A DNA stretch of 64,000 bases, taken from the IMG/VR virus record IMGVR_UViG_3300029568_000024, positions 3,390 to 67,389 of that record; one strand, written 5' to 3'. This stretch comes from a virus. A model generated the notes under the pieces. It saw only the letters and a program-made list of their open reading frames with translations, was not told the origin of the DNA and did not search any database. The first letter of the stretch is position 1. The number at the start of each line of letters is the position of its first letter. Shown here one piece after another: positions 19,433 through 29,987 of the stretch. The position numbers and the translations under genes are program-made.

Positions 19433-20749
19433 TTACGCTCTTCTAAAAATGTTGTTAGGTCTTTTGATCTTTCTCTTAGATGTTCTTGCCCCTTCTTTGT
19501 CTCTCTGCTCTACACCTAAAGAACTACCCCCGCTATTACTCTGCTCAGTCTTAAGTTTCCTTACGGTCTTTTCAACTGCAATCTGAGATCCCTTTTCCAT
19601 AATCTTGCCCTTGTATCCATCTGGATCTGCCAATAACCACAGTGCTTCCGCAATTAACTCATGGTTAGGCTCAACAAATTGATACTTCTCAAGCAAGTGT
19701 CCAAGTAAGTTGGTATTCTTACCACTTACAGATGGATAGTTAGGTTGTACTAAACCATTATATAACATGGCCTGCACTTTCCTATCCATCTTAATATCGT
19801 TAATTGTACCCTCTTTAAGAGTATTGTACACATTCTCCATATACTGCTGAGATGCCTGCTCCTGTTGCTTTCTCTTAAGTTCCTGTTGCTGAAGCTTTTG
19901 TGCAACTACTTTCTCTTGCATCTTATCTAACTTAGGCTTAAACTTCATAGCCTGTTGTTCAAGCTTACCTAAGTCTTTCCAAACTTCAATCTCCTCTGCA
20001 ATCTCTTCGGATGTACCGTAACCAGTTGCACTGAGATAGTCTACAATAATTCTTTCTTGATCTCTCTCATTCTTAACATCAAGAGATTTAGCTTCTTCTG
20101 TAGAAGCAAGAGTCTGGAATAGACCTTTAAGATCATTACCACCTTCAGCTACATATCTTGCAGCAATCTGCAGTTCTTCGGGGAGACTTGCAAAAAACTG
20201 CTTGGGAGTCTCTTGTCTAACTTGATTAGCCCTCTCTTCAAGATTTGCCTCAATAAGCTCTTCCCAGTCTTTGGCTGAATACTCTTCTAAAGGCTTGTCA
20301 TCATCAAAAGGAACAATCTTATCATCCTTAATAAGCTTGCTAAATACATCACTAATCCCTTCAATCTTCTTTCTGCCTCTAGATTGCTTAGGTTCTTCAA
20401 CCTCTGTCTCCTCATCATTATCCTCTTCAACTAAAGCATCAAGAAGTTCACCACCGTCTTTTTTCTTTTCAGCCTCAGGCTCTTTGGTTTCTTCAACCTC
20501 AGGTTCTTTGGTTTTTTCAACCTCAGGAGTTTCTTCTGTTTCTTCATTTAGGTCAGTTGTATCATCAGCAGGTTCTGCAAATGACATATCTACCTTAGGA
20601 CCTCCAGCTGTAAAAATATTAGGCTTAGACCTAGAATCTTCATCAGGTACAGTCACAGCCTCTGCGGTAGCTGCACCATTAAAGATCTCGTCTAGATCTA
20701 CATTTACTGTTTCTACTGTACTGTCCATTGTCTTATTTGACTCACTCAT
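19433..20749 (-). CDS. Putative scaffolding protein
   Basis: 438 aa, highly acidic N-half, coiled coil, between portal and MCP. Confidence 0.65.
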   Translation of the reverse strand: MSESNKTMDSTVETVNVDLDEIFNGAATAEAVTVPDEDSRSKPNIFTAGGPKVDMSFAEPADDTTDLNEETEETPEVEKTKEPEVEETKEPEAEKKKDGGELLDALVEEDNDEETEVEEPKQSRGRKKIEGISDVFSKLIKDDKIVPFDDDKPLEEYSAKDWEELIEANLEERANQVRQETPKQFFASLPEELQIAARYVAEGGNDLKGLFQTLASTEEAKSLDVKNERDQERIIVDYLSATGYGTSEEIAEEIEVWKDLGKLEQQAMKFKPKLDKMQEKVVAQKLQQQELKRKQQEQASQQYMENVYNTLKEGTINDIKMDRKVQAMLYNGLVQPNYPSVSGKNTNLLGHLLEKYQFVEPNHELIAEALWLLADPDGYKGKIMEKGSQIAVEKTVRKLKTEQSNSGGSSLGVEQRDKEGARTSKRKIKRPNNIFRRA

Positions 20750-20786
20750 TTTTGTTGGTTTTATAGTTAATTACTTATCTATATAT

Positions 20787-20797
20787 ATAATATACAA
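20787..20797 (-). promoter_or_regulatory. Putative late promoter motif TTGTATATTAT (overlaps a TATATTTG box)
   Basis: Exact copy 38 nt upstream of the scaffold ATG. Confidence 0.65.
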
Positions 20798-20828
20798 ATA
20801 TATGTAGGAATAAACTTTAAATATTTTA

Positions 20829-20866
20829 CGGCTGTTGCTAATTTCTTGCAGTATATAGCTAACGCT
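20829..20866 (-). repeat. Dispersed non-coding element, copy A (AGCGTTAGCTATATA...AATTAGCAA)
   Basis: Aligns with copy B at 36721..36759 on the opposite strand. Confidence 0.6.
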
Positions 20867-20883
20867 AAGAACAATTTTTCTTA

Positions 20884-23646
20884 TTAGTCCTTTTGTCTCT
20901 TATCTCTGTCAGACTGGACATCATATTTATTCTTATTCTCTCTAGCTATCTGTAGATTTTTGTCAGCAATATCTCTCTGCGTTGCTAGCTTCTCACGCTC
21001 AATGTTCATCTTCTCAGAGTTTTGAGAGTTTCTGATTGCAGATTCCTGTCTCTTAAAGTCCATTTGCTCTCTATACTCAGCCCTCTGCCTCATGTTTTCC
21101 ATTTGATCCTGGAAGTCAGACTGTAAATTCTGATTAATATCTTGACTAGCTCCATAACCAGCAGATCTAATTTCAGCTACTGTAATATCTTTCTGCCTTT
21201 CCTTCTCATTTTCAGAAGCTTCAAATTCTAACTTCATCTGCTCTTCTTGCTGCCTAGCTGCAATCTGCTCTTGTTGCATCTGTTGTTGCTGCTGCATTTC
21301 CTGCTGCTTCATTGCAAGCTGCTTAGTCTCTGCATCTTTAAGAATGTCAGAAACTTCTGCAATACTATCTGCCTTGATAATGTTTCCAAGATCATAAATG
21401 CTAGCACCGCTAGTATTATTGGTAATAGCCAATTGCTTAAGTTGCTCTAAGATTGCTCTATGATTAGTCTTGGTAGTGCAGAAAATATTAAAATCTCTAA
21501 GCAGTAAATCTGTGCCGTTAATAACAAAGTTTACCTTCTCTGCCTCAGAGGAGATATAAGATAATCTGAGACTAGGGTTTGAGCTATGATAGAACTGCGC
21601 AAGATCGGTGCGCATCTGGTGCACTCTTGGCATTAAGTTATCAGAGTGCTGTGTAAAATATGTTTCAGTTTGAGCATAGGATTGATTCAATGCTTGTACC
21701 ACACCGGTAGCAGTTTCCTGTCCCATTGGCGCACCTAACCTCTGTGGATTAATACCAATGGCATCAAAACATTGTTGCTTAAAGTAGTTAGCCAACTGAA
21801 TCCTTGACATTAATCTACCACTCTGCTCCATGTTTAGAGTCTGGTAGTGATTAAAGTTTGTAGCATTTTCTGTATTGGTAATAGATGTATCTAGAGGTAG
21901 CATCTGGAAATCCTTCATTGCCACATATGCCTTCGCATAGTTGCCCTTACCCCAGTCTTCACCCATTGAATGTCTTGGTAAAGCATTCTGATCAAACATA
22001 ATAACAGTGCCAAGCTCATCTACCAAGATGTCAGCAATCTGGTTGTTTACCATATTGTATCCAACCTGATATGCTTTCATCAGATCTACTAAAGAAGTGG
22101 ATCTAGTATTACGGTCAGAGAATACCCTACCCTCTACGGGTAACTTACAACCATACAGAGTCTCATTGCCTTTAAACTGGAATGGTATTCTTCCAGGCTT
22201 GCTTCTATTAATCCCTAAATAAATAGGATTAATATTATCAGCTGTCATGCTAGATCTCCAGAATGCAGGTAAGTTTGGACCAAGTTTAACACCACCCCAA
22301 ACTTCATTGATCCAGAACCAATCTATATGCTCCCCTTCAAGCAGGTTCTCCTTAGTCTTATTCTTAAACAGAGTTGTATCATACACACCCTTCTCTGTAA
22401 TCTTGAAGGTCTCATCAACAATCTCTTGGATGATCTGCCCGTCTGACTCAATCTTAGTAAGATGCCCCACCTTTCTTTGAGTCTTCCAATAGCATGTAGT
22501 CACACGCATAAGCTCACCTTCACCCCAAGCATTCACATCATCACCTTCGTTCAAAATGGCTGTAACAACATCTCCACCTGAAGCAGGATCATTATACCAG
22601 TTACTTACAAACTGACGATATGCAAGACCTGGCATGTTAGTATTCCAAGCATGTGATTTAGATGGATCATAATAAGAACCGTCATTCTGATAACCATTGA
22701 CTTGATACAACTCTGATTTAGCTGGATAGATCCTCTGTAAGGACTCCAATTGATCTTTGGTCATCAGATATCCATACTTGTCAATAACGTCAGCAGGCGT
22801 CATTAAATCAATCTTACCAACAAAGTTTGAGTCAGAAATATATCTAACATCTGGAGACTTCTGATAGAAGGTCAGAACAGGATTCCACAACTCTACATCA
22901 TAGTCATCCTCTAACATTCTAAAATGCCAGAACTCTCTATCGGTAATAAGCATATCTCTAAATGCTCTCTCCTCTAGCTCTTGCATTTTAAATCTCTCCT
23001 CATCTACGTTAGTCTGATGAGAAGCCCACTCTTCAACTAAAGATCTATAGTCCTTAGAAAAGAAATCTTCAATCTCTGGTAATGACTTAACATTTTCAGG
23101 AGACATCATTTGTTGTGCCTCTTCAGACTGTGGATTCAAACCCATCTCCAACATTCTCCCAAGAAGCTTTGCCTCTGCATCTGCAAGCAAATTCTCTTCT
23201 ACTTGAGCTCTCTTTGCTTCCAGCATTTCATTATAAGACAAATCATCTACGGCCCTAAATTGGACCTTAGAGTATCTTTTAGAAAACTCACCAGATAGTA
23301 CATTGATTACGTTTGGAATGATTGGATAGAACTTGAGCTCCAATGCTGATTCATCCTCCTTGGTAAGGACATCCATTAAGTCCTTATACTCATTGTCTTC
23401 TTCTACAATGTAGTCGGTCTTATCAATAATACCTTTTGCAAGTTTGTAGTTTTTAAGTAACCGGCGGGCGTTTAATCTTAAAAATTCAAGACCTTGGAGT
23501 TCCAGCCAGTCCATATTCCAAGCTCTCCAATCATCATCTTTCTTTTTAGATGGCAGGAACTGAACCGGTTGAGTAAGACTAGAGGAGGTTGAGTAAGACT
23601 CACCTTTTGCTCCACTCTTAAGCTGCATTGCATTTAATACTCTCAT
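20884..23646 (-). CDS. Portal protein
   Basis: 920 aa directly after terL; YPIIPNVINVLSGE motif; Q-rich C-terminal coiled-coil barrel. Confidence 0.85.
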   Translation of the reverse strand: MRVLNAMQLKSGAKGESYSTSSSLTQPVQFLPSKKKDDDWRAWNMDWLELQGLEFLRLNARRLLKNYKLAKGIIDKTDYIVEEDNEYKDLMDVLTKEDESALELKFYPIIPNVINVLSGEFSKRYSKVQFRAVDDLSYNEMLEAKRAQVEENLLADAEAKLLGRMLEMGLNPQSEEAQQMMSPENVKSLPEIEDFFSKDYRSLVEEWASHQTNVDEERFKMQELEERAFRDMLITDREFWHFRMLEDDYDVELWNPVLTFYQKSPDVRYISDSNFVGKIDLMTPADVIDKYGYLMTKDQLESLQRIYPAKSELYQVNGYQNDGSYYDPSKSHAWNTNMPGLAYRQFVSNWYNDPASGGDVVTAILNEGDDVNAWGEGELMRVTTCYWKTQRKVGHLTKIESDGQIIQEIVDETFKITEKGVYDTTLFKNKTKENLLEGEHIDWFWINEVWGGVKLGPNLPAFWRSSMTADNINPIYLGINRSKPGRIPFQFKGNETLYGCKLPVEGRVFSDRNTRSTSLVDLMKAYQVGYNMVNNQIADILVDELGTVIMFDQNALPRHSMGEDWGKGNYAKAYVAMKDFQMLPLDTSITNTENATNFNHYQTLNMEQSGRLMSRIQLANYFKQQCFDAIGINPQRLGAPMGQETATGVVQALNQSYAQTETYFTQHSDNLMPRVHQMRTDLAQFYHSSNPSLRLSYISSEAEKVNFVINGTDLLLRDFNIFCTTKTNHRAILEQLKQLAITNNTSGASIYDLGNIIKADSIAEVSDILKDAETKQLAMKQQEMQQQQQMQQEQIAARQQEEQMKLEFEASENEKERQKDITVAEIRSAGYGASQDINQNLQSDFQDQMENMRQRAEYREQMDFKRQESAIRNSQNSEKMNIEREKLATQRDIADKNLQIARENKNKYDVQSDRDKRQKD

Positions 23647-23653
23647 ATGGCTG

Positions 23654-25840
23654 TTAGCTCAAATTTTTAAAACCGGATCTCTTTCTGGTTGACCCCATCA
23701 TGCCTTTCTTACGCCCAATGTTACTAAAGGGACTATACCTTAATTTAAACAAATTCTGTGAATTATCCAAAGATGAGGTGCCGTCTGACTCCCTTCTTTT
23801 ATTATATCCTCTGTTAGATTGTTGCACCTTTGCAAACGCTATTAAAGCGCCAAAAGAAACCAGTCTATCTACGTTAAGACCAGGGTAATAGGCAAGCATT
23901 TCTTTGATCAACATTGGGTCAGGTATTCTCTCAACACCTAACGTCTGAGACATCATCTCCCCATTCTCATCAAGCTCCTCATCAATCTGTTCTCTGAGGT
24001 ACTCAATTGCATAAGATATTAGGTGATTCTTAAATAATGTGCCTGTATTCTTCCAGCCGTATTCTTGATAAACAGTTCTATTAGAGCCAAGGTCTTTGAG
24101 AAACAAAATCTGTTGTTTAGGAACTAAATATTTCTGTTTCTTTTTGGCTATCATATGCTGGATAAATAGAGATATATTATTTTCCACCACAGTCCAGGCA
24201 TTATACCACTCAATTATTTTCTCTAGCTGCTCATGTGTTTTATTAATATCATCATATCTACCACACCAAGCTGCAACAATCTTATCTCTTTCAATAAAAT
24301 GCTCTAGTCCATCTGCTGTTTCACGGGTAACCTCTACAGGATTCTTGTACACAAATATGCTACACAATGAATCTGATGTAGTTGTTTTACCTTCAGATAC
24401 CGGGTCAATAGATGCATAGTATGCACCAAACTCTGGATTCTTAACAGGTCTTTCCCAGACAACTAAGACTCCTGACTTATCTGCCTGCTTCTTATCTACA
24501 GGAAACTGAGTAATGGGTAGCTTAGAAGATCTTTTTGCAGCTATACCTTTCTCATCTCTCTCCAGTTCAATGTGCTCAAAAGAATATTCTTTCTCTTCTA
24601 TTCTTTTAAGCTGCTTAGATAATATACCCTGAGGAAAGATAGACTCCTTCCTATAGGCAAATCCCTCTGCAATGTTAGTAGGCTTCTGAGAAATACGTAA
24701 CTGATATTGCTCTGGATTTAGTTCTGCCTTCCACTTTTCCCTTTCACGATGTATGGCTTGTAAAGCTTCTTCTATTTTAGAGTTACCATATTCATCAATA
24801 TATGGTGGCATAGACCACTGCTCTGGAATAAATAAACCAGACAAACCAATAGTCCCATCTTTATCTAAAAGATTACTCTCAACTGCATAGATGTCATTGA
24901 TTGTAGGATTCATGATCATCTCTTTCAGAGGCTCACACTGATCCAAGTCACCCACAGATCCTGCAGCTATAAACATACCTGTGGTCAGCATACCTGAAGA
25001 CATCGCAGGTCTAAGGTATTCATAGGTGTCCATCATCTTAGGCGCAATACCAGCCTCCTCATGGAAGAAGTAAGTAGTAGGTCCACCTACACCTGTTGTT
25101 GCATTCTTCTCAAAAGATGCACCCTGTATCTTAGACTTTAAACCTTTTGTAGTCTTTCTATTACCCACTCTAACCTCAATCTGCTGCTGCCATAGCAATA
25201 CCTTCTCGGGGTTACTAGGTCTATACCAAGCAGTATGCTCATTTAGAAAGTCTTTGTATTCATCTAAGAACTTCCATGAACCCTTGTCATTGATATAATC
25301 CTTCAGGCTAGCACCAATCTTACAAACCGTTCCTTCTTCAAACCAGTAGGTGTTAATGATCTTACCCATATGAAAGTAAGAGGATGCAATCTGACGTTTC
25401 TTAAATATTGCTGAGTGCTTATTATTTAGTTCTGCTAAAAGTTCATACAGAGCCATATGATACTGAGCATCTCGCACTTTGGCAAAACCATACTTCTTTT
25501 CCTCCTTATCAAAGATTGGTAAGAAGTTAAGCCACATGTAGTAGTCCCTAGTAAGATACCAAGTCTTGGTACCTGACTTATATATCACACCAGAACGACA
25601 CTTATTCTTTTGATCATTCCAGTAGTGTATAAAGTCTTTAGACCTTAAAGGTTTGTCGCAGTAGAATCCCTTCTCATTAAAGATTCTGGCCTGCTCATTG
25701 AATAAAAAAGATGTTTCATCAAACTCATACAGCCCGGGTTCTTTGAATATCCCTTTTATAAAATCAGCAAAGTCCTCATCAGTTGCAAATGAGGACTCTG
25801 ACCATACACCATTCTCATATGTAGGGACTAATCTACTCAT
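23654..25840 (-). CDS. terL: Terminase large subunit
   Basis: 728 aa; FKKRQIASSY Walker A variant, FFHEEAG Walker B, SIDPV nuclease motif. Confidence 0.9.
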   Translation of the reverse strand: MSRLVPTYENGVWSESSFATDEDFADFIKGIFKEPGLYEFDETSFLFNEQARIFNEKGFYCDKPLRSKDFIHYWNDQKNKCRSGVIYKSGTKTWYLTRDYYMWLNFLPIFDKEEKKYGFAKVRDAQYHMALYELLAELNNKHSAIFKKRQIASSYFHMGKIINTYWFEEGTVCKIGASLKDYINDKGSWKFLDEYKDFLNEHTAWYRPSNPEKVLLWQQQIEVRVGNRKTTKGLKSKIQGASFEKNATTGVGGPTTYFFHEEAGIAPKMMDTYEYLRPAMSSGMLTTGMFIAAGSVGDLDQCEPLKEMIMNPTINDIYAVESNLLDKDGTIGLSGLFIPEQWSMPPYIDEYGNSKIEEALQAIHREREKWKAELNPEQYQLRISQKPTNIAEGFAYRKESIFPQGILSKQLKRIEEKEYSFEHIELERDEKGIAAKRSSKLPITQFPVDKKQADKSGVLVVWERPVKNPEFGAYYASIDPVSEGKTTTSDSLCSIFVYKNPVEVTRETADGLEHFIERDKIVAAWCGRYDDINKTHEQLEKIIEWYNAWTVVENNISLFIQHMIAKKKQKYLVPKQQILFLKDLGSNRTVYQEYGWKNTGTLFKNHLISYAIEYLREQIDEELDENGEMMSQTLGVERIPDPMLIKEMLAYYPGLNVDRLVSFGALIAFAKVQQSNRGYNKRRESDGTSSLDNSQNLFKLRYSPFSNIGRKKGMMGSTRKRSGFKNLS

Positions 25841-26082
25841 TCAAATGGAGGGCCTTCAATTTCTTCTTGAAGATCAAAGTAATTGTCAATTGTTATCAAC
25901 CTCTCATTTGCTGAGATAAAAAGATCTAGAGCTTTCTCTGCATCTTCAAAGAAATCATCTGCTGTATGATCTCCAATTCCAGCAGCTTTATTCTCCAAGA
26001 GATCTAAAGCCATTAAAGCTTTTTCTTTATCTGCAAGAGCCTTAGCGTATAAGGCATTCATTACACGTGATTTACCATTCAT
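25837..26082 (-). CDS. Hypothetical protein
   Basis: 81 aa, stop overlaps terL start; GIGDH motif. Confidence 0.6.
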   Translation of the reverse strand: MNGKSRVMNALYAKALADKEKALMALDLLENKAAGIGDHTADDFFEDAEKALDLFISANERLITIDNYFDLQEEIEGPPFE

Positions 26083-26098
26083 GATTTAAAGTTTAAAA

Positions 26099-26617
26099 TT
26101 ACATTTGATCATATGCTAGTCCTTGACCTCCTCTTACAGAAGTCTGTTGTTCATCCTGCAAATCCTTATATGCACCCTTAAATGATTGACGAATAGAATC
26201 AAAATCCTTGGCAACCGCCCGGATCTGCCCAATATTACCGTCTCTCCCGTCCGTTATTGGAGTATTGGCCATGTATGTAGCCATATTGTCTAAAGCTTTC
26301 TTGATGCCCAGGTATGCTCTGTGTGTAGGTGTCTGATACATTTCCTCACAGCGCTTTAAAGCTGCTCTAATCTTCTCATCCTCTACAGATTCTTCTAGCC
26401 CCACCTCTTCAATTATAATTTCTTCTTTATCCTCCTCTGGTAAATGAAAGAACGGATTATAATCTGGGTTTGGGCAGGTCATGTAAAACAAATACTTGTA
26501 TATCTGCATGTATGATTCTGGATAAGCAGACATCAACACCTTTAGAAACTCCAAAGCATAGCAATGCTCCGATGGAATTATCTCATTATTCTGTATGTCA
26601 AAGAGTTTAATGATCAT
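26099..26617 (-). CDS. Conserved protein upstream of terL (possible small terminase)
   Basis: 172 aa helical; position only. Confidence 0.4.
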   Translation of the reverse strand: MIIKLFDIQNNEIIPSEHCYALEFLKVLMSAYPESYMQIYKYLFYMTCPNPDYNPFFHLPEEDKEEIIIEEVGLEESVEDEKIRAALKRCEEMYQTPTHRAYLGIKKALDNMATYMANTPITDGRDGNIGQIRAVAKDFDSIRQSFKGAYKDLQDEQQTSVRGGQGLAYDQM

Positions 26618-27425
26618 TTTTCTGGGCCCACCATTTAATTAAGGACTTAACTTCGCTCTTTAAGTAAGGTACATCGTACATAATTACTTCTTCTAATACA
26701 GGCTCCCCATTAATATGCTCATTGATGGGATATCCATTCTTATCTGTACCTAACTGCTTAAACTTTACATGTTGTAAGGTTAACTTTCCAGGTTTAAGTT
26801 TAGGGTTATGCTTCAATATAATATACATATAAATGGACATCTGTAAAGAATAGTGATTGAAATTGCAATCATCCAAATGATTTACAGGATTGTACATTTT
26901 TGCAGAAATCCCTTCCCAATTTTTAAAACCTTCCTTCTTGATTTCCTTATTAGTCTTGTAATCTGTAATATTTACCCTACCATTTACAACTTCTACAAGA
27001 TCCGCCTGCCCGCAAAGACTTGAAGACTTCAGATAAACAAAATGTTCTGGATAAACCCCAGCGTCAATCTTTTGAACCGGTGCAATCTTTGCTCCACTGC
27101 TTTCATCAAACAATGGTCTTACAATAGGAACCTCAACACCTTCTCTCTGAATGGTTTCAAAGTTTAGTAAGTCGCTCTCTCTTTGATTATGATAGAAGTT
27201 ACCAAGAGTTATAGCCCTTTTAGACTCATTATCCCAGGCAGTTAAGATTTCTTTCTCAGTCATCCCATACCACTTGGACTTTTTATTCTTTGCTGATTTT
27301 TTAGCTTGAGCCTTTGCATCAAACTTTGGCTTGAACATTCCAATAAATGAGGTAACACTAGTCCACTTAATGTCCTCTTCTATGCTTTCGTAAAGGTGCC
27401 CCTCTTCTTTAAAAATTAAACTCAT
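26607..27425 (-). CDS. PD-(D/E)XK nuclease (RecB/Cas4-like)
   Basis: GQADLVEV...ITDYKT and HYSLQMSIY motifs. Confidence 0.8.
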   Translation of the reverse strand: MSLIFKEEGHLYESIEEDIKWTSVTSFIGMFKPKFDAKAQAKKSAKNKKSKWYGMTEKEILTAWDNESKRAITLGNFYHNQRESDLLNFETIQREGVEVPIVRPLFDESSGAKIAPVQKIDAGVYPEHFVYLKSSSLCGQADLVEVVNGRVNITDYKTNKEIKKEGFKNWEGISAKMYNPVNHLDDCNFNHYSLQMSIYMYIILKHNPKLKPGKLTLQHVKFKQLGTDKNGYPINEHINGEPVLEEVIMYDVPYLKSEVKSLIKWWAQKNDH

Positions 27426-27427
27426 GT

Positions 27428-27586
27428 CTATAAATTTTTAACACCTGGAAAGTTATCTGACTGTTTATCAGACAAAAGGGCTCTAACTTTTTTACCTAAC
27501 TGCTGATCATTAGGTGTATCTTTTACTAACTTCAGAAGCTCCGGATAGGTGTAGTTCTCAAATCTTATGTAATCCATCTTACTCAT
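27428..27586 (-). CDS. Small hypothetical protein (52 aa, not in track)
   Basis: MSKMDYIRFENYTYPELLKLVKDTPNDQQLGKKVRALL...; fills the gap between two genes. Confidence 0.55.
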   Translation of the reverse strand: MSKMDYIRFENYTYPELLKLVKDTPNDQQLGKKVRALLSDKQSDNFPGVKNL

Positions 27587-27899
27587 TGTCTCTTAATTTA
27601 TCATTTAACATATCTTCTTGCTCTTCAGTCATCAATGCTTGCCACTTGCCCTTAGGACACTCGGATGATAAGGATCTAGTTTTAAATGCAAGACTACACC
27701 CACAGTCTGAGCAACAAGGTTGCGTACCTGGTGCAGCACAATTCTTACCAACTGTATCTAAAAACTCACACTGCTTGCATATAGCCCACCTCAAAGCGGC
27801 TTCAGCTTCAACATGCTCCTTCTTAAAAATACTATTCTTAATTCCTTCTGCAATCTGACTAGTATTCTTAAAAGCCCCTAAGAATTTTCTAAGATCCAT
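27579..27899 (-). CDS. Cys-rich Zn-binding protein
   Basis: CKQC..C..CCSDCGC..CPKGKW. Confidence 0.6.
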   Translation of the reverse strand: MDLRKFLGAFKNTSQIAEGIKNSIFKKEHVEAEAALRWAICKQCEFLDTVGKNCAAPGTQPCCSDCGCSLAFKTRSLSSECPKGKWQALMTEEQEDMLNDKLRDNE

Positions 27900-28254
27900 T
27901 TCTCTTTTCTTTAAACTTCTTCTTTTCTTCCATTGCCTGATTCAACATCCTAAGTGCTTCTTGCTGTTTCTCTAGTCTGTCGTTAACAGCATGAGTCTTT
28001 TCCATTCCCTTGTAATCTGTTTTCTTCAGATTTCCTAGTATGCTTTTATTTTTCTTGATTGCCTTTTCCAATTTATTCTTCTTCAAAGAAAATGTGCCAA
28101 GGTTCTCAACATAAACATTCACATGCGCCAGATTAGACAGAGCTTTTCTTACCTGCGCATAGTAATATGATATAAAGTCATCAACTACGTCAGGGTGCAC
28201 ACCTACTTGTTCTGCTATTCCATCTTTAAACTGTTTGTGTTTCTTCGGATTCAC
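27889..28254 (-). CDS. HU/IHF-like DNA-binding protein
   Basis: IAEQVGV..VVDDFI..VYVENLGTFSLK matches the HU/IHF pattern; GTG start. Confidence 0.65.
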   Translation of the reverse strand: MNPKKHKQFKDGIAEQVGVHPDVVDDFISYYYAQVRKALSNLAHVNVYVENLGTFSLKKNKLEKAIKKNKSILGNLKKTDYKGMEKTHAVNDRLEKQQEALRMLNQAMEEKKKFKEKRNGS

Positions 28255-28606
28255 TACCTAATACTTTTATATCTAACAACACAAGCCCCTTAGTCTGCAC
28301 ATTTATCTCTTTTAAGATGCTCACAGTCTTCTTATTCTTACCTTTCTTAATCAATAAGCCCTTCTTGTTGACCTTATTGATAGCATTCCTTGCTGACTGC
28401 TCACTACCAAAGATACCCAGAGTAGTGATGTCCTTACAAAACTGTGTAAGCTCAATATCTGGGTTCTTTGCTAGTTCACATAGCATGTTAAGATCAGTGT
28501 GACCTATGAGGATATCTTTAAAGAAACAATAGGTGAGTATCTGATACTTGATAGTATCATCAATATTCACCTTTAACCTCTGGTCTACTTTGTTAACAAT
28601 TGCCAT
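28226..28606 (-). CDS. Hypothetical protein, possible winged-helix
   Basis: 126 aa; SARNAINKVNKKGLL. Confidence 0.5.
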   Translation of the reverse strand: MAIVNKVDQRLKVNIDDTIKYQILTYCFFKDILIGHTDLNMLCELAKNPDIELTQFCKDITTLGIFGSEQSARNAINKVNKKGLLIKKGKNKKTVSILKEINVQTKGLVLLDIKVLGSESEETQTV

Positions 28607-28607
28607 T

Positions 28608-29540
28608 CTACAAACTCATTATCATATCTATAAGCCGTGGGTCTGGATAAACATCCATTTTGTCTTTCCTCACATTAGTGTGTGATAACAACCCTCTCAC
28701 CTTACCATAGTAAGCATCTTCTTGAAAGTGAAAAGCTTTCTCCTTACCCTGTTTATGGATAAACTTCTGCAAGCCCTCTTTGATATCAATGTTATCACGC
28801 TGGGCTATATATTGAATGAGCTTCTCTGTTTCTTCAATCTGCTTATCAGAATATTTATGCCAGTATATTCTACGCTTAAATCCATTATCAAGCTGGATCA
28901 CCTGTGATGGATGCGCCTTCTTACCAACATAACTGTTAAACTGATTATCTAGATAGCCAATAGAACAGATCTCCAGACCTACAGAGTATTTGTTCATATA
29001 CCCAGATCCAGTCTTACCTAAATGATAAGCATATCCAGTTTCAGGAAAGGCTTGCACCATAACCCCGTCATACTCATCATCACCAGTTCTATAGTTTTGT
29101 CCCCCCAGGACAAACTCTGTAGCAATACGCCCCCGGCTATCCCTGTTCCATTGATCAATAGTTCTGTAAGGATTGGGACCACCGGCAGTGTGGTGTAAAA
29201 AGAAATAATCATTATCTCTCTTTGCATTGGTTTCAATATACTCACCCTTGCCAAGGAAATATTTGTTTATCCTTTGGTTCCAATCCGTTACAAAGAACTG
29301 CTGTTCAAGATCTGTGTCTTCATCTATGTCTGGAACAACGTTCTTGCTATCAGTGATCAGTGCAGTCCACGTCTCACCTGCAACAATACCATCTGTCCTT
29401 AGATTCTTAGATAGCTGAAACTTGATAACCGCTGCCTGTGTGCCGGCCCCAAAGATTCCATCAGACTTTATCTTTAGGATAGACTGTAGCTTAGCAACCT
29501 CTGGGCCTCTGCTACCTTTCTTTAGTAGCTTATTGATCAC
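28608..29540 (-). CDS. Endolysin: peptidoglycan-binding domain plus N-acetylmuramoyl-L-alanine amidase
   Basis: LLKKGSRGPEVAKLQ..DGIFGAGT..DGIVAGETW; amidase_2 motifs FLHHTAG, SVGLEIC, LLSHTNVRKDKMD. Confidence 0.85.
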   Translation of the reverse strand: MINKLLKKGSRGPEVAKLQSILKIKSDGIFGAGTQAAVIKFQLSKNLRTDGIVAGETWTALITDSKNVVPDIDEDTDLEQQFFVTDWNQRINKYFLGKGEYIETNAKRDNDYFFLHHTAGGPNPYRTIDQWNRDSRGRIATEFVLGGQNYRTGDDEYDGVMVQAFPETGYAYHLGKTGSGYMNKYSVGLEICSIGYLDNQFNSYVGKKAHPSQVIQLDNGFKRRIYWHKYSDKQIEETEKLIQYIAQRDNIDIKEGLQKFIHKQGKEKAFHFQEDAYYGKVRGLLSHTNVRKDKMDVYPDPRLIDMIMSL

Positions 29541-29823
29541 GCTTCAGAGTCCTTTGGGCTTTCGCCATTTCCTGTTCAAACTCCATACGAGCCTCGTCAT
29601 TTGCTCCCTCCTCTTTTTCTTGAGCAGCATATGCCTGTGCCTGGAACATCTGAGCTTGGAGTCTTTCAGCTCTAGCCTTCTCGATCTTGGTAAGAAGCTC
29701 TTCGTATTCTAACTGTACCTTAGCGTGTTTAGCGCTTTCCTTGTACCACGCAGTGAGTTCTTCTCTACGCTTTTTCAGTTCTTCAGGAGACAGCTCCTTT
29801 TCGTTTTCAACGTCCTGTGACAT
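29530..29823 (-). CDS. Coiled-coil hypothetical protein
   Basis: 97 aa E/K/Q-rich; TATATTTG box upstream. Confidence 0.6.
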   Translation of the reverse strand: MSQDVENEKELSPEELKKRREELTAWYKESAKHAKVQLEYEELLTKIEKARAERLQAQMFQAQAYAAQEKEEGANDEARMEFEQEMAKAQRTLKRDQ

Positions 29824-29879
29824 TTGTTTTGGTTTTAAAGTTCACAAACAAATATACACATTTCAGGTTTACCAACGCC

Positions 29880-29987
29880 TCACTTCAAAGGTCTCTTTGT
29901 TATACAGTAGATACAGGTTCTCAACAACGACAACCCCAGTGGTAACGGTCTGCCACAATTATTACATGTGGGTTTGAATTCTTTCAT
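29880..29987 (-). CDS. 35-aa Zn-ribbon peptide (not in track)
   Basis: MKEFKPTCNNCGRPLPLGSSLLRTCIYCITKRPLK. Confidence 0.45.
   Translation of the reverse strand: MKEFKPTCNNCGRPLPLGLSLLRTCIYCITKRPLK

Noticed and set aside
20271-20807. 178-aa Ser-rich plus-strand ORF and similar antisense ORFs across the structural block
   Set aside because: Reverse-complement shadows of acidic or low-complexity real genes.
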